From Gemmatimonadota bacterium (GTDB taxonomy: Bacteria; Gemmatimonadota; Gemmatimonadetes; Gemmatimonadales; GWC2-71-9): a stretch of 64,000 bases of DNA. The position numbers and the translations under genes are program-made. The stretch spans positions 774,838 to 838,837 of the forward strand of contig JAZKBR010000002.1 in the NCBI GenBank assembly GCA_040388535.1, in the 5' to 3' direction. The notes under the pieces are model-generated. The model did no database searches. It had not been told where the DNA came from and saw nothing but the letters and a program-made list of their open reading frames with translations. This document shows positions 9,235-17,597 of this stretch, piece after piece. Each line of letters starts with the position of its first letter. Position 1 is the first letter of the stretch.

Positions 9235-9920
9235 TGTCGCGGATCCTGGTGGTCGAAGACCAGCGCGAACTGGCCGAGCTGCTGGCGCAGAATCTCGGCA
9301 TGGAAGGCTTCGATGTTCGCACGGTGGCCGATGGCCGCGAGGTGGTGCCGCTGGTCCGCGCGTGGCGGCCCCACCTTGTGATTCTCGATCTGATGCTTCC
9401 CGGCATCGATGGTTTCGAGGTCCTGCGCGCCCTGCGGGGTATTCATCGTCACCTGCCCGTGATCATCCTGTCGGCGCGCGGCGAGGAGGCCGACAAGATC
9501 CGCGGCTTCCGCCTCGACGCCGACCAGTATGTCACCAAGCCGTTCGGCCTCGTGGAGCTGCTGGAGCGCGTCCATGCGCTCCTGCGTCGCGCCGCGACGG
9601 CCGAGTCGCCGGGGGCGATCGAGCGGATCACCTTCGGCGATGTGGAGATTGTTCCAGCAGCGCACTCGGTGACACGAGCCGGTGAGGCGGTCACGCTCTC
9701 GCCCAAGGCCTTCGCGCTGCTGCTGGCTCTGGTGCGCCGCGAGGGAGCCGTCGCCCAGCGCTCGGTGCTGTTGCGCGAGGTCTGGGGCTATCAGGCGCTC
9801 GTGCTCTCTCGCACGGTGGATTCGCACGTCGCCGAACTCCGCCGGAAGCTGGAAGTCGACCCGGCCAACCCGCGCCACATCCACACCGTGTTCAAGACGG
9901 GATACCGTTTCACAGCCTGA
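9234..9920 (+). CDS. OmpR/PhoB-family response regulator
   Basis: 228 aa. Receiver ILVVEDQ ... LVILDLMLPGIDG, plus a winged-helix C-terminus (HIHTVFKTGYRF). ATG overlaps the kinase stop (TGATG at 9232-9236). Confidence 0.92.
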   Translation: MSRILVVEDQRELAELLAQNLGMEGFDVRTVADGREVVPLVRAWRPHLVILDLMLPGIDGFEVLRALRGIHRHLPVIILSARGEEADKIRGFRLDADQYVTKPFGLVELLERVHALLRRAATAESPGAIERITFGDVEIVPAAHSVTRAGEAVTLSPKAFALLLALVRREGAVAQRSVLLREVWGYQALVLSRTVDSHVAELRRKLEVDPANPRHIHTVFKTGYRFTA

Positions 9921-10054
9921 ACGTCTGCCGGTCCGCACAACTCCTGCACGACTCCCACACCGTAGCACCACCACGCAGAGCGCACCCCAGCGCACCATTC
10001 AATGCGTGTCCGCCGCACTCGCGCAGCGGACCAGTCACTGTCGTGGAGCGTCTC

Positions 10055-10975
10055 ATGTCTTCGATCGCCTTTCCCGTTGCACTCGTCGGCTTCGCGCTGG
10101 TGGTGGGGGCCGCGCTTCCCGTGGTGGCCCAGCTTCCCACCGGGCAGCAGCTGGTGATCTCGCCGCAAGCTGCGGCGAAGTTCGTGAACGATGGCAAGAC
10201 CGTATTCCTGCAGGTGGGAGAGAAGGGCAGCTACGACAAGGAGCATGTGCCGGGGGCGCAGTTCGTGAATATGCAGATCCTCGCCGCGCCGCGGACTCCG
10301 GGTGGACTGGCGCTGGAAGTTCCGCCGGTGGATTCACTCAAGGCCGCGATTGAGCGTCTCGGCATTTCCGACCAGTCGCGGGTGGTGGTGATGTTCAGCG
10401 ACGAGTGGGGCACCCCATCCACTCGTCTGCTCTTTACCCTCGGCTACGCCGGCCTCGGCGCGAATGCATTCCTGATGGATGGCGGCGTCGAGGGATGGAA
10501 GCGTGCGGGCCTACCGCTCACCACCGCAGTGGTGGTGCCCAAGTCGGGCCACTTCACCCCCAGGCCGTTGCCGTCACTCATTGTCGATCACGCGTACGTC
10601 GAAGCGATGCGACCCACCGGCCGGGCCCGTCTCGTCGACGCGCGTGATTCCGTCTTCTTCTTCGGACCGTCCACCGACCGGGTCAAGGCGGGACACATCC
10701 CCGGCGCCGTCTCGCTTCCCTTCGGCACCTTCACCGACGATTCGATGCGGATCCTGCCGAAGGCCCGGATCGAACAGATCTTTGCCGCCGCCGGCATCGC
10801 ACCAGGCGACACGGTCGTGGCGTACTGTCATATCGGTCAGCAGGGAACGATGGTGCTCTGGGCCGCGCGCATCGCCGGCCATCCGGTGAAGCTCTACGAT
10901 GGCTCGATGAACGACTGGACCAATCGCAAACTGCCGCTCGACAGCACCGCGACTCCCGTCGCCAGGAAGGGGTGA
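10055..10975 (+). CDS. Secreted tandem-rhodanese sulfurtransferase (thiosulfate/3-mercaptopyruvate sulfurtransferase family), copy 1
   Basis: ORF 10043..10975. ATG 10055 is preferred because GGAG lies 7 nt upstream. Signal peptide MSSIAFPVALVGFALVVGAALPVVAQ; two rhodanese domains; active-site loop VAYCHIGQQGT. Confidence 0.85.
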   Translation: MSSIAFPVALVGFALVVGAALPVVAQLPTGQQLVISPQAAAKFVNDGKTVFLQVGEKGSYDKEHVPGAQFVNMQILAAPRTPGGLALEVPPVDSLKAAIERLGISDQSRVVVMFSDEWGTPSTRLLFTLGYAGLGANAFLMDGGVEGWKRAGLPLTTAVVVPKSGHFTPRPLPSLIVDHAYVEAMRPTGRARLVDARDSVFFFGPSTDRVKAGHIPGAVSLPFGTFTDDSMRILPKARIEQIFAAAGIAPGDTVVAYCHIGQQGTMVLWAARIAGHPVKLYDGSMNDWTNRKLPLDSTATPVARKG

Positions 10976-10978
10976 GCG

Positions 10979-11878
10979 ATGCGACAGATCCGACTGCTCG
11001 TCGGGGCGCTGCTGGCCGGTGTCGCTGCTGCCGGTGCGCAGCTCCCCACCGGTGAACAGCTGCTGGTCACCTCCGCGTGGTTGAGCGCGCACCTCAACGA
11101 TCGCGACCTGGTGCTCCTGCATGTCGGTCGTCCGGAAGAGTATGCCACCGCTCATATCGCCGGGGCCCGCTTCGCCGAGCAGCGGGATTTCGCCTCGGAC
11201 GAAATGCCGATGCTCGAGATGCTCCCCGAAGCGCAGTTGCGGCAGAACCTCGAACGGAATGGCATCGGCGACCAGACTCGGGTCGTGGTGGTCTTTGGTC
11301 CGGGTTCGGTCGACAATGCGACCCGGCTCTACTTCACGCTCGGGTATGCCGGACTCGGCACCCGCGCGCTCTTCCTCGACGGCGGGCTGGCGGCCTGGCA
11401 ACGCGCCGGCAATCCGGTGACCGCGGTCGTGCCACCAGCTCCGACAGCGGCCCACTACACCGGCAAGATGCTCCCGGCCGCCGTCGTGAATTCGCAGCAG
11501 GTTGTTGCGCTGCAACACGCGGTGCAGCCCCGCCTTATCGATGCGCGCGCAAGCGTCTACTTCAGCGGACCGAAGACAGCAATGATGGCGCAGGGGCATA
11601 TCCCCGGTGCGATCAATATTCCCTACAGCAGCCTGGTGGACGACGCCGAACAACTCCTGCCGCGCGCCGCACTGCTGGAGAAGTTCACCGCGGCGGGCGT
11701 GCGCCCGGGAGACAGTCTGGTGGTCTACTGCCACATCGGGCAGCAGGCCACGGTGGTATTGCTCGCAGCGCGGGTACTCGGACATCCGGTCCAGCTCTAC
11801 GACGGCTCGTTCCACGACTGGTCCAATCGCAAACTCCCCACCGACAACGCTTCGGCCAGCGCGAAGCGCGCGCCGTGA
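10979..11878 (+). CDS. Secreted tandem-rhodanese sulfurtransferase, copy 2 (paralog of upstream gene)
   Basis: 299 aa. Signal peptide MRQIRLLVGALLAGVAAAGAQ; active-site loop VVYCHIGQQAT; colinear similarity to copy 1 (LPTGEQLLV.., GYAGLG.., LYDGS..DW.NRKLP). Confidence 0.85.
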   Translation: MRQIRLLVGALLAGVAAAGAQLPTGEQLLVTSAWLSAHLNDRDLVLLHVGRPEEYATAHIAGARFAEQRDFASDEMPMLEMLPEAQLRQNLERNGIGDQTRVVVVFGPGSVDNATRLYFTLGYAGLGTRALFLDGGLAAWQRAGNPVTAVVPPAPTAAHYTGKMLPAAVVNSQQVVALQHAVQPRLIDARASVYFSGPKTAMMAQGHIPGAINIPYSSLVDDAEQLLPRAALLEKFTAAGVRPGDSLVVYCHIGQQATVVLLAARVLGHPVQLYDGSFHDWSNRKLPTDNASASAKRAP

Positions 11879-12408
11879 CTTTGCGTCGTCCCTACGCGGA
11901 TCCGATCATCGCCGGCGTTCTGCTGGGCCTGGTCCTGCTCGTCACCCTGGTGGTGACGGGTCGCGGCCTCGGAGCGTCCGGTGCGTTCGCCAGCGCGGCT
12001 GCTGCCACCGTGCACGCGGTGGCGCCAGCGCACGCCCAGTCGGGTACCTACATCGCCGACCGGATCCCCGATGGCCCGGCGGGGCTGCTCGGAGACTGGC
12101 TGGTGGTGGAGTTGCTCGCCGTCGCGGTTGGTGCCTGGCTCTCGGCACGTTTCGCAGGCCGGCTTCGTGGCGCAGGAGCTGCGGGTGACCCGGACCAGAG
12201 TCGTTCTCGATTGCTTCGCGCCCTCTCGGGTGGCGCACTGATGGGCGCGGGCGCACGCCTCGCTCATGGCTGCACCAGTGGACTCGCGCTCACCGGTGGT
12301 GCGATGCTTTCGACCGGGGCATGGCTGTTCATCCCGGTGGCCTTCGGGAGTGCCTTTGCCGCCGCGTTCGTGATGCGACGCCTCGCCGCTTCGCGCGTGA
12401 TCCCGTGA
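11875..12408 (+). CDS. YeeE/YedE (TsuA-like) sulfur-transport membrane protein, half-size subunit 1
   Basis: ORF 11077..12408 trimmed to GTG 11875, which overlaps the rhodanese stop (GTGA); the upstream 266 codons overlap the rhodanese gene out of frame. TM-rich; motif ARLAHGCTSGLALTGG, typical of the Sulf_transp family. Confidence 0.75.
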   Translation: MTLRRPYADPIIAGVLLGLVLLVTLVVTGRGLGASGAFASAAAATVHAVAPAHAQSGTYIADRIPDGPAGLLGDWLVVELLAVAVGAWLSARFAGRLRGAGAAGDPDQSRSRLLRALSGGALMGAGARLAHGCTSGLALTGGAMLSTGAWLFIPVAFGSAFAAAFVMRRLAASRVIP

Positions 12409-13526
12409 TGGCGCCGCTTTTCGAGGTCGCTCCCGCCGTCACGGCCGTTCCTGTCGGGCTCGCCTTCGGCGCCGCCCTCGAACGGGCCGGCTTCGGTGTG
12501 CCACGCACCATCGCGGCGCAACTCGCCGGCCGCGACTTCACCGTGATGAAGGTGATGTTCTCGGCGATCATCACCGCGATGCTTGGTCTCTTCTGGGCCG
12601 GTCGATTCGGCTGGCTCGATCTCTCCCGGCTGGCGCTCCCGCCGACGGACCTGCAGCCACAGCTGATCGGCGCGGTGATCTTCGGGGCGGGCTTCGCCAT
12701 CGCATCGCTCTGCCCAGGGACCGCGTGCGTTGCCGCCGGCACCGGTCGCCGTGACGGGCTCGCGACGATCGCCGGTCTCTTTGCTGGCACGCTCGTCACT
12801 GCCGAACTATGGCCGCTGCTCGGGCGCGTCGCCGAGAACAGACTCCGCGCCGATGCCACGCTGCCCCACGACCTGGGGCTCTCGAGCGGCGTGACCGTTG
12901 CCCTGCTGGTCCTGATCGCCTTTGGGGCGCTTGGTGTGGGCGGGTACATCGAACGACGCGTCGGGACCGAGCGCAATCCGGTACGACACAGCGCGCACGT
13001 GGTGCTGACCACGATCGCCGCGGTGCTGGCGCTGTTCGCGGCGGTGCCACTCGGTGCGGACGAGGCCCCGCGCACTGGCAGTTCGGTGAGCGACGTCGCG
13101 CCACTCGATCTCGCAAGGTGGATCCACGATCGTCGCGCCGGGCTGCGAGTCATCGAGGTGTCCGACCAGGTCGACACCATGCTTTACCAGATTCCCGGCG
13201 CCATTCACCTCGCGTCGACCGACGTCGACACACTGTCGTTCTCGCCCGACGAGACGATTGTGCTCTACAGCAAGGCGACAACACTCTCGAGTGATGCGCT
13301 CACGCGTCTGCAGCGTCGCGGGGCAATCGGCGCACGACAACTGCGCGGCGGACTCTCGGCCTGGGAACAGGAAGTGCTTTCGCCAGTGATTCCACCAGCC
13401 ACGGACAGCGCCGGAAACGCGGACTTTGCACGGATCCGCAGCCTGAGCAACTATTTCGGTGGCCGACCGGTGGCGCAACGAATCCCGGGCGAAGGCCGGC
13501 GGCAGCGGCGGCGGAATACGTGCTGA
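12408..13526 (+). CDS. YeeE/YedE half-size subunit 2 fused to a C-terminal rhodanese-homology domain lacking the catalytic Cys
   Basis: ORF 12321..13526 trimmed to ATG 12408 (TGATG overlap with the upstream stop). TM region carries ASLCPGTACVAAG. C-terminal ~100 aa reads IPGAIHL...DETIVLYSKATTLSSDALTRLQRRG...LRGGLSAWEQ, with Ser where the rhodanese Cys normally sits. Confidence 0.75.
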   Translation: MAPLFEVAPAVTAVPVGLAFGAALERAGFGVPRTIAAQLAGRDFTVMKVMFSAIITAMLGLFWAGRFGWLDLSRLALPPTDLQPQLIGAVIFGAGFAIASLCPGTACVAAGTGRRDGLATIAGLFAGTLVTAELWPLLGRVAENRLRADATLPHDLGLSSGVTVALLVLIAFGALGVGGYIERRVGTERNPVRHSAHVVLTTIAAVLALFAAVPLGADEAPRTGSSVSDVAPLDLARWIHDRRAGLRVIEVSDQVDTMLYQIPGAIHLASTDVDTLSFSPDETIVLYSKATTLSSDALTRLQRRGAIGARQLRGGLSAWEQEVLSPVIPPATDSAGNADFARIRSLSNYFGGRPVAQRIPGEGRRQRRRNTC

Positions 13527-14869
13527 CAGAAGTCGAAGTCACCTCCGATCGCTGGTTCAGCGAGTGGCGCGGGCGTGAGCTGTCACGCGTGGATGCGGCC
13601 GGGCTCACCTATCTCGACTATGGCGGCGCGGCGCTGCACCCGGCGTCGCTCCTCCGCGATGACCTCGCCCGGCTCGATCGCACGGTGCTCGGCAATCCCC
13701 ATTCGCAGCATGCCGCCTCACGCGGTGCCACGCATGATCTCGACGCTGCGCGCGAGGCAATCCTTGCCTTCCTCAACGCCGATCCGGACGAATACGCCGT
13801 GGTCCTGGTGGCGAATGCGTCGGCGGCGTGCCGCGTGGTGGGCGAAGCGTACCCGTTCGACGCAGCGACACCGCTGCTACTCACGGCCGACAACCACAAT
13901 TCGGTCAACGGTATTCGCGAGTTCGCGACCGGGCGTGGTGCCCTGGTTACCACCATTCCACTCGATGATGAATTGCAGTTGCTGGATCCGGTAGAGGTAC
14001 TGGCGCAGTCTAGCGGAGGGTATGGTGGCCTCCTCGGCTTTCCCGCGCAGTCGAACTTCTCGGGCGTGAGGCACTCCCTCGAACTCATCGACGTGGCACA
14101 CCAGCTCGGCTATCGCGTGCTGCTCGATGCAGCCGCCTATCTGCCGACGATGTCACTCGATCTCTCGGCGGTTCGCCCCGACTTTGTGGTGCTCTCGATC
14201 TACAAGATTGCCGGTTACCCGGCGGGGCTTGGCGCGCTGGTGGCCCGTCGTGACGCTCTTGCTGCGTTGCAGCGCCCCTGGTTCGCTGGCGGCACAGTGG
14301 AGTGGGCATCCGTGCAGAGCGGCGTGCACCGGTTGCGCCACGGCGCCGAAGGCTTCGAGGATGGGACGCCGCCGTTTCTCGCGGCCGGGGCGGTGCCGCC
14401 GGCACTTGCGATGGTACGTGGGCTGCAACCGCGGCTGCGCCGTCAGCTCGCCTCGCTCACCACCAGTATGCTCGACGGTCTCGGCGCACTGCGGCACGAG
14501 AATGACGCACCGCGGGTGTCAATCCACGGCCCGCGCAGTTGCGCCGACCGCGGCGCCACGGTGGCGTTTACCCTGCTTGAGGCCACCGGCGACGTGGTGC
14601 CGTTCTGGGAAGTGGAAGCGAAGGCATCCGACGCGGGCCTGGCGCTGCGTGGCGGCTGCTTCTGCAATCCTGGATGTGCCGAGCGGGCGCTCGACTTTCC
14701 GACCGATGCCGCATCCCGCTTCGCGGCGATCGGGCCGGCCTTCGATTATCCCCACGCGGCCGCAGCGCTCGGTCGGCGCGCCGTCGGGGCGTTGCGCGCC
14801 TCGCTCGGCCTCGGCAGCGTGCAGCGCGATGTGGACCGGCTGATGGAGTTTCTGCGGAACTACGGGTGA
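13520..14869 (+). CDS. Aminotransferase class V-fold PLP enzyme, MOCOS/NifS-like (putative cysteine desulfurase/sulfurase)
   Basis: 449 aa. GTG start overlaps the upstream gene by 7 nt. YLDYGGAAL, GNPHSQH, and the PLP-lysine context VVLSIYKIAGYPAGLGALVARRD, which resembles the N-terminal domain of molybdenum cofactor sulfurase. Confidence 0.75.
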   Translation: MLTEVEVTSDRWFSEWRGRELSRVDAAGLTYLDYGGAALHPASLLRDDLARLDRTVLGNPHSQHAASRGATHDLDAAREAILAFLNADPDEYAVVLVANASAACRVVGEAYPFDAATPLLLTADNHNSVNGIREFATGRGALVTTIPLDDELQLLDPVEVLAQSSGGYGGLLGFPAQSNFSGVRHSLELIDVAHQLGYRVLLDAAAYLPTMSLDLSAVRPDFVVLSIYKIAGYPAGLGALVARRDALAALQRPWFAGGTVEWASVQSGVHRLRHGAEGFEDGTPPFLAAGAVPPALAMVRGLQPRLRRQLASLTTSMLDGLGALRHENDAPRVSIHGPRSCADRGATVAFTLLEATGDVVPFWEVEAKASDAGLALRGGCFCNPGCAERALDFPTDAASRFAAIGPAFDYPHAAAALGRRAVGALRASLGLGSVQRDVDRLMEFLRNYG

Positions 14870-14937
14870 TGGGTGATGGGTGACGGGTCGGAGTGTCATC
14901 CTGCACTCCCCATCACCCGTGACCCATCACCCGTCCC
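14864..14937. repeat. (GGGTGAT)n heptamer array and its inverted complement forming a hairpin between convergent genes
   Basis: Left arm 14864-14891: gggtgat gggtgat gggtgac gggtcgg. Centre: ggagtgtcatcctgcactcc. Right arm 14912-14939: atcaccc gtgaccc atcaccc gtccccc. The TGA stop of the PLP gene (14867-14869) lies inside the array. Confidence 0.8.
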
Positions 14938-14945
14938 CCTTCGAC

Positions 14946-16694
14946 CTACTGCTGGCAGGCGCCGTGCGGGTCGGGCTTCGGCTTGTCGACCAGCGGACGA
15001 TGGTCGAGGTTCGCGACGCGGGTGCCCATATCGGCCACGAAGCGTGCGACCCGGGCCATGTGGGTGTAGTTGATGTACTGCGGCTCGTCGGTCACCTGGT
15101 GATAGTCGGCGTGACCACCGGTGGTGAAGAAGATGATCGGAATGCCGTAGCGCGCGTACTCGTAGTGATCGCTGCGGCAATAGATGTTTTGCGGATGGCC
15201 GTCAGCGTCGAGTTCGTAGTCAAACTTCAATCCGTGCTTGCCCACCGTGTTGGTCTTCACCGCCAGATCGCCCAGTTCGGTGGAGAGGCGCCGCGAGCCG
15301 ATCAGCTGCAGGTAGTCGGGACCGCCCGTGACCACGCCACCAGCCTTGCGCTGACCGGTGACATCGGTCGCGTCACCGCGCCCGATCATGTCGATGTTGA
15401 GCTGGGCGACGACCGATTCCCGCGGCACGGTCGGGTGATCGGTGAAGTACTGCGACCCGTAGAGTCCTTCCTCTTCACCCACGTGCCAGACAAAAAGGAG
15501 CGAGCGCTTCGGGCGAACCTTCAGGGAGGCGAAGTACTGCGCGATCTCCAGCACGCTCATCGACCCCGAACCGTCGTCGTCGGCACCGTTGTAGATCGAG
15601 TCGGGTCGCGCCGAGGCACCGTGGGTCTGTTTGCGGATCGCTGCGAGCGCGGCGTTGACCTTTGCAGCGTCGGCCGGCGTCAGGGTCGGCGGCGGATCAT
15701 CCGCGCCGCTCTTCCGGAAGAGATGGTTCACGATGTACATCGAGTCGTGCGCGACCGGAGAGTTGTCGGTGCCGATGTGGTCGTTGTGCGCACCGATGGC
15801 GACGAATTCGTTGCGCAGGGCAGGGTCGGAGCCACGGAGGATGCCGACGACATTGCGGCCGGGGAACTGCATCGGGCGATTCGCGAATCGGAGGGTGCCG
15901 CTCACCGTCTTGCCCGCGGCGCCGAGGGTAGCCGACGCGACCGGTGCGCCGAGGAGCAGGTCGGCGACTCGCGTCGTGATGTAGGCGTAGCTCGGCGTCT
16001 CCGGGCCGCTACCATCGACGAAGGTCTGACTGGGGACCTTGTAGATCGCGAGCCCCTCGGGAGTAATCCGGTCGAGACCGACCACGAGGATTCCCGCGGC
16101 GGTGGCGTACTGGGCCGTGAGAGCGCCGCGGTTGGCGGTGCCGGGCGGGTTCCCCGGTACCGGCTGACCAGCAATGACCATCACGACCTTTCCGGCAGCC
16201 TGCGCCGCCGGGAGCATCGTCGCCGGGTCACCCACGGTGCCGCCAAATACGATCGCGGCTCCATCAATCGACCGGGCCTTCTCTCCCTGGTCGCGCGGGG
16301 CGTAGTCGGACCAGAGTGTGAGCCGGGTGCCATCGACGCTGATGGTGCTGGTGGTATCGAAGGTCCGGTCGTAGACCGGTATGGTCTGGAAGAAAGTGCC
16401 GTTATCGCCGGCCGGCTCGAAGCCGTACTTCCTGATCTCGCTCGCGATGTACTCGACGCCCTTGTAGTTCCCTTCCTCCCCGAGCAACCGGCCGCGCATC
16501 GAATCGTCGGCGAAGCGGTAGAGGCGGGTCATCAGGTCTGCGGAGGTGATTGCCGAAGTCGTGGGGCGCGGCGCAAGCTTTCTCGGGCGGCCGAGCGGGG
16601 TCCAGGGCGAGGGGGCCTGGGCGGCGAGGAGTGCCGGCGCGAAGAGCAGCAGCGCGGCAGTGAGGCGGTATGGGGTGTTTTTCATCCTGCGCAC
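14946..16694 (-). CDS. Secreted M28 family metallopeptidase with PA domain
   Basis: 582 aa. Signal MRRMKNTPYRLTAALLLFAPALLAAQA; EFVAIGAHNDHIG, NGADDDGSGSMSVLEIA, LLFVWHVGEEEGLYGSQYF. Confidence 0.88.
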   Translation of the reverse strand: MRRMKNTPYRLTAALLLFAPALLAAQAPSPWTPLGRPRKLAPRPTTSAITSADLMTRLYRFADDSMRGRLLGEEGNYKGVEYIASEIRKYGFEPAGDNGTFFQTIPVYDRTFDTTSTISVDGTRLTLWSDYAPRDQGEKARSIDGAAIVFGGTVGDPATMLPAAQAAGKVVMVIAGQPVPGNPPGTANRGALTAQYATAAGILVVGLDRITPEGLAIYKVPSQTFVDGSGPETPSYAYITTRVADLLLGAPVASATLGAAGKTVSGTLRFANRPMQFPGRNVVGILRGSDPALRNEFVAIGAHNDHIGTDNSPVAHDSMYIVNHLFRKSGADDPPPTLTPADAAKVNAALAAIRKQTHGASARPDSIYNGADDDGSGSMSVLEIAQYFASLKVRPKRSLLFVWHVGEEEGLYGSQYFTDHPTVPRESVVAQLNIDMIGRGDATDVTGQRKAGGVVTGGPDYLQLIGSRRLSTELGDLAVKTNTVGKHGLKFDYELDADGHPQNIYCRSDHYEYARYGIPIIFFTTGGHADYHQVTDEPQYINYTHMARVARFVADMGTRVANLDHRPLVDKPKPDPHGACQQ

Positions 16695-16721
16695 GACGGA
16701 AGGTACCGGGGTTCGGTTTCC

Positions 16722-17582
16722 TCAATAGCGTTCGAGGTCGTGCCCGATGACGGTTCGGCCGGTGAAGCCGCCGCGCCTCACACCAGCCAGCAATTCTGCG
16801 TCCGTCCCCTGCATCCGCACCAGGTGGTGGAGGATCAGCAACTTCGGCTGCGCGACCGCGGCGAGCCGCCCGACCTCGACATCCGATGTGTGGAAGGCGC
16901 GCATGTACGCCGGCCACGACTCCCCGCCGGGCCGCTTCTCAGGTGCCAGCCGCACTTCGGGGTAGGCCTCATGGACGAGAATGTCGGCGCCGCGCGTGGC
17001 GGCCTGGAGCGCCGCACTGTAGCGCGTGTCGCCCGATATCACGATGACGCGCCCCGGGGTCTCGATCCGGAAACCATAGGCCTCGGGCCAGTCACCATGC
17101 TCGACCGGAATGGCGATGATGCGAACGCCGGCACTGTCGTAGAGCACCCGCGTGCTGATTTCGTGGACATCGAGGCGATAGCCACCAGGCGCCTCCTGTT
17201 CGAGGCCGTGCTCGCGGATATCGATGTCATCTTTCCACGCCGCGACAAGATGATCGGTCATCGCCTGCAATCCGTGTGGTCCGAATGCCACCATCGGAGT
17301 GCGCCGCCCCATCACCCACGAGGTCAGCATCAGGTCGGGGAGACCTAGTGTGTGATCGCTGTGGAGGTGAGTGATGAACAGCGCCGTCACACCATTGATC
17401 GGGAGCTTTGCGGCGGCCAGCTGGCGCATCACGCCGGCACCGGCATCGAAGAGAAAGGTCCGCGTTCCTACCACGACCGCGGTTGCCGGCCCGGATGCCT
17501 CCGGGTTGGGCCGCGGCATCCCGGTACCGAGGAGCACGAGCGAGGTTCCCGATGCGGCGAGTTGACATAGCAGATGCAGCAC
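16722..17582 (-). CDS. MBL-fold metallo-hydrolase (RNase Z/ElaC-like fold)
   Basis: 286 aa. HxHxDH motif ITHLHSDHTLG; downstream His/Asp ligands (VHEAY, HH). Confidence 0.8.
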   Translation of the reverse strand: MLHLLCQLAASGTSLVLLGTGMPRPNPEASGPATAVVVGTRTFLFDAGAGVMRQLAAAKLPINGVTALFITHLHSDHTLGLPDLMLTSWVMGRRTPMVAFGPHGLQAMTDHLVAAWKDDIDIREHGLEQEAPGGYRLDVHEISTRVLYDSAGVRIIAIPVEHGDWPEAYGFRIETPGRVIVISGDTRYSAALQAATRGADILVHEAYPEVRLAPEKRPGGESWPAYMRAFHTSDVEVGRLAAVAQPKLLILHHLVRMQGTDAELLAGVRRGGFTGRTVIGHDLERY

Positions 17583-17597
17583 TAGCGGGCTCCTCGA

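Noticed and set aside
11077-12408. 443-aa ORF suggesting a large protein overlapping the second rhodanese gene
   Set aside because: The first ~266 codons overlap the well-supported rhodanese gene in another frame and are Arg/Pro-rich. Hydrophobic YeeE-like sequence begins only at GTG 11875, which overlaps the rhodanese stop. I trimmed the gene accordingly. I made similar 5' trims for ORFs 7027, 12321, 19115, 40984, 43151, 56864 and 60543 on the + strand, and for 23155..24225, 24078..25022, 25109..26200, 28834..29439, 29833..32403 and 35288..36463 on the - strand.
14880-17348. 822-aa ORF on the + strand
   Set aside because: It is antisense to the M28 peptidase and MBL hydrolase genes, which have clear catalytic motifs and signal peptides. 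I applied the same reasoning to the other long antisense ORFs: 7498..9228, 10574..11815, 19706..20971, 33639..34538, 34060..35133, 36512..38068, 39165..40754, 40966..42093, 44906..46423, 46541..47860, 47668..48774, 50857..51891, 52034..53233, 56276..57868, 58629..59891 and 60900..62627.
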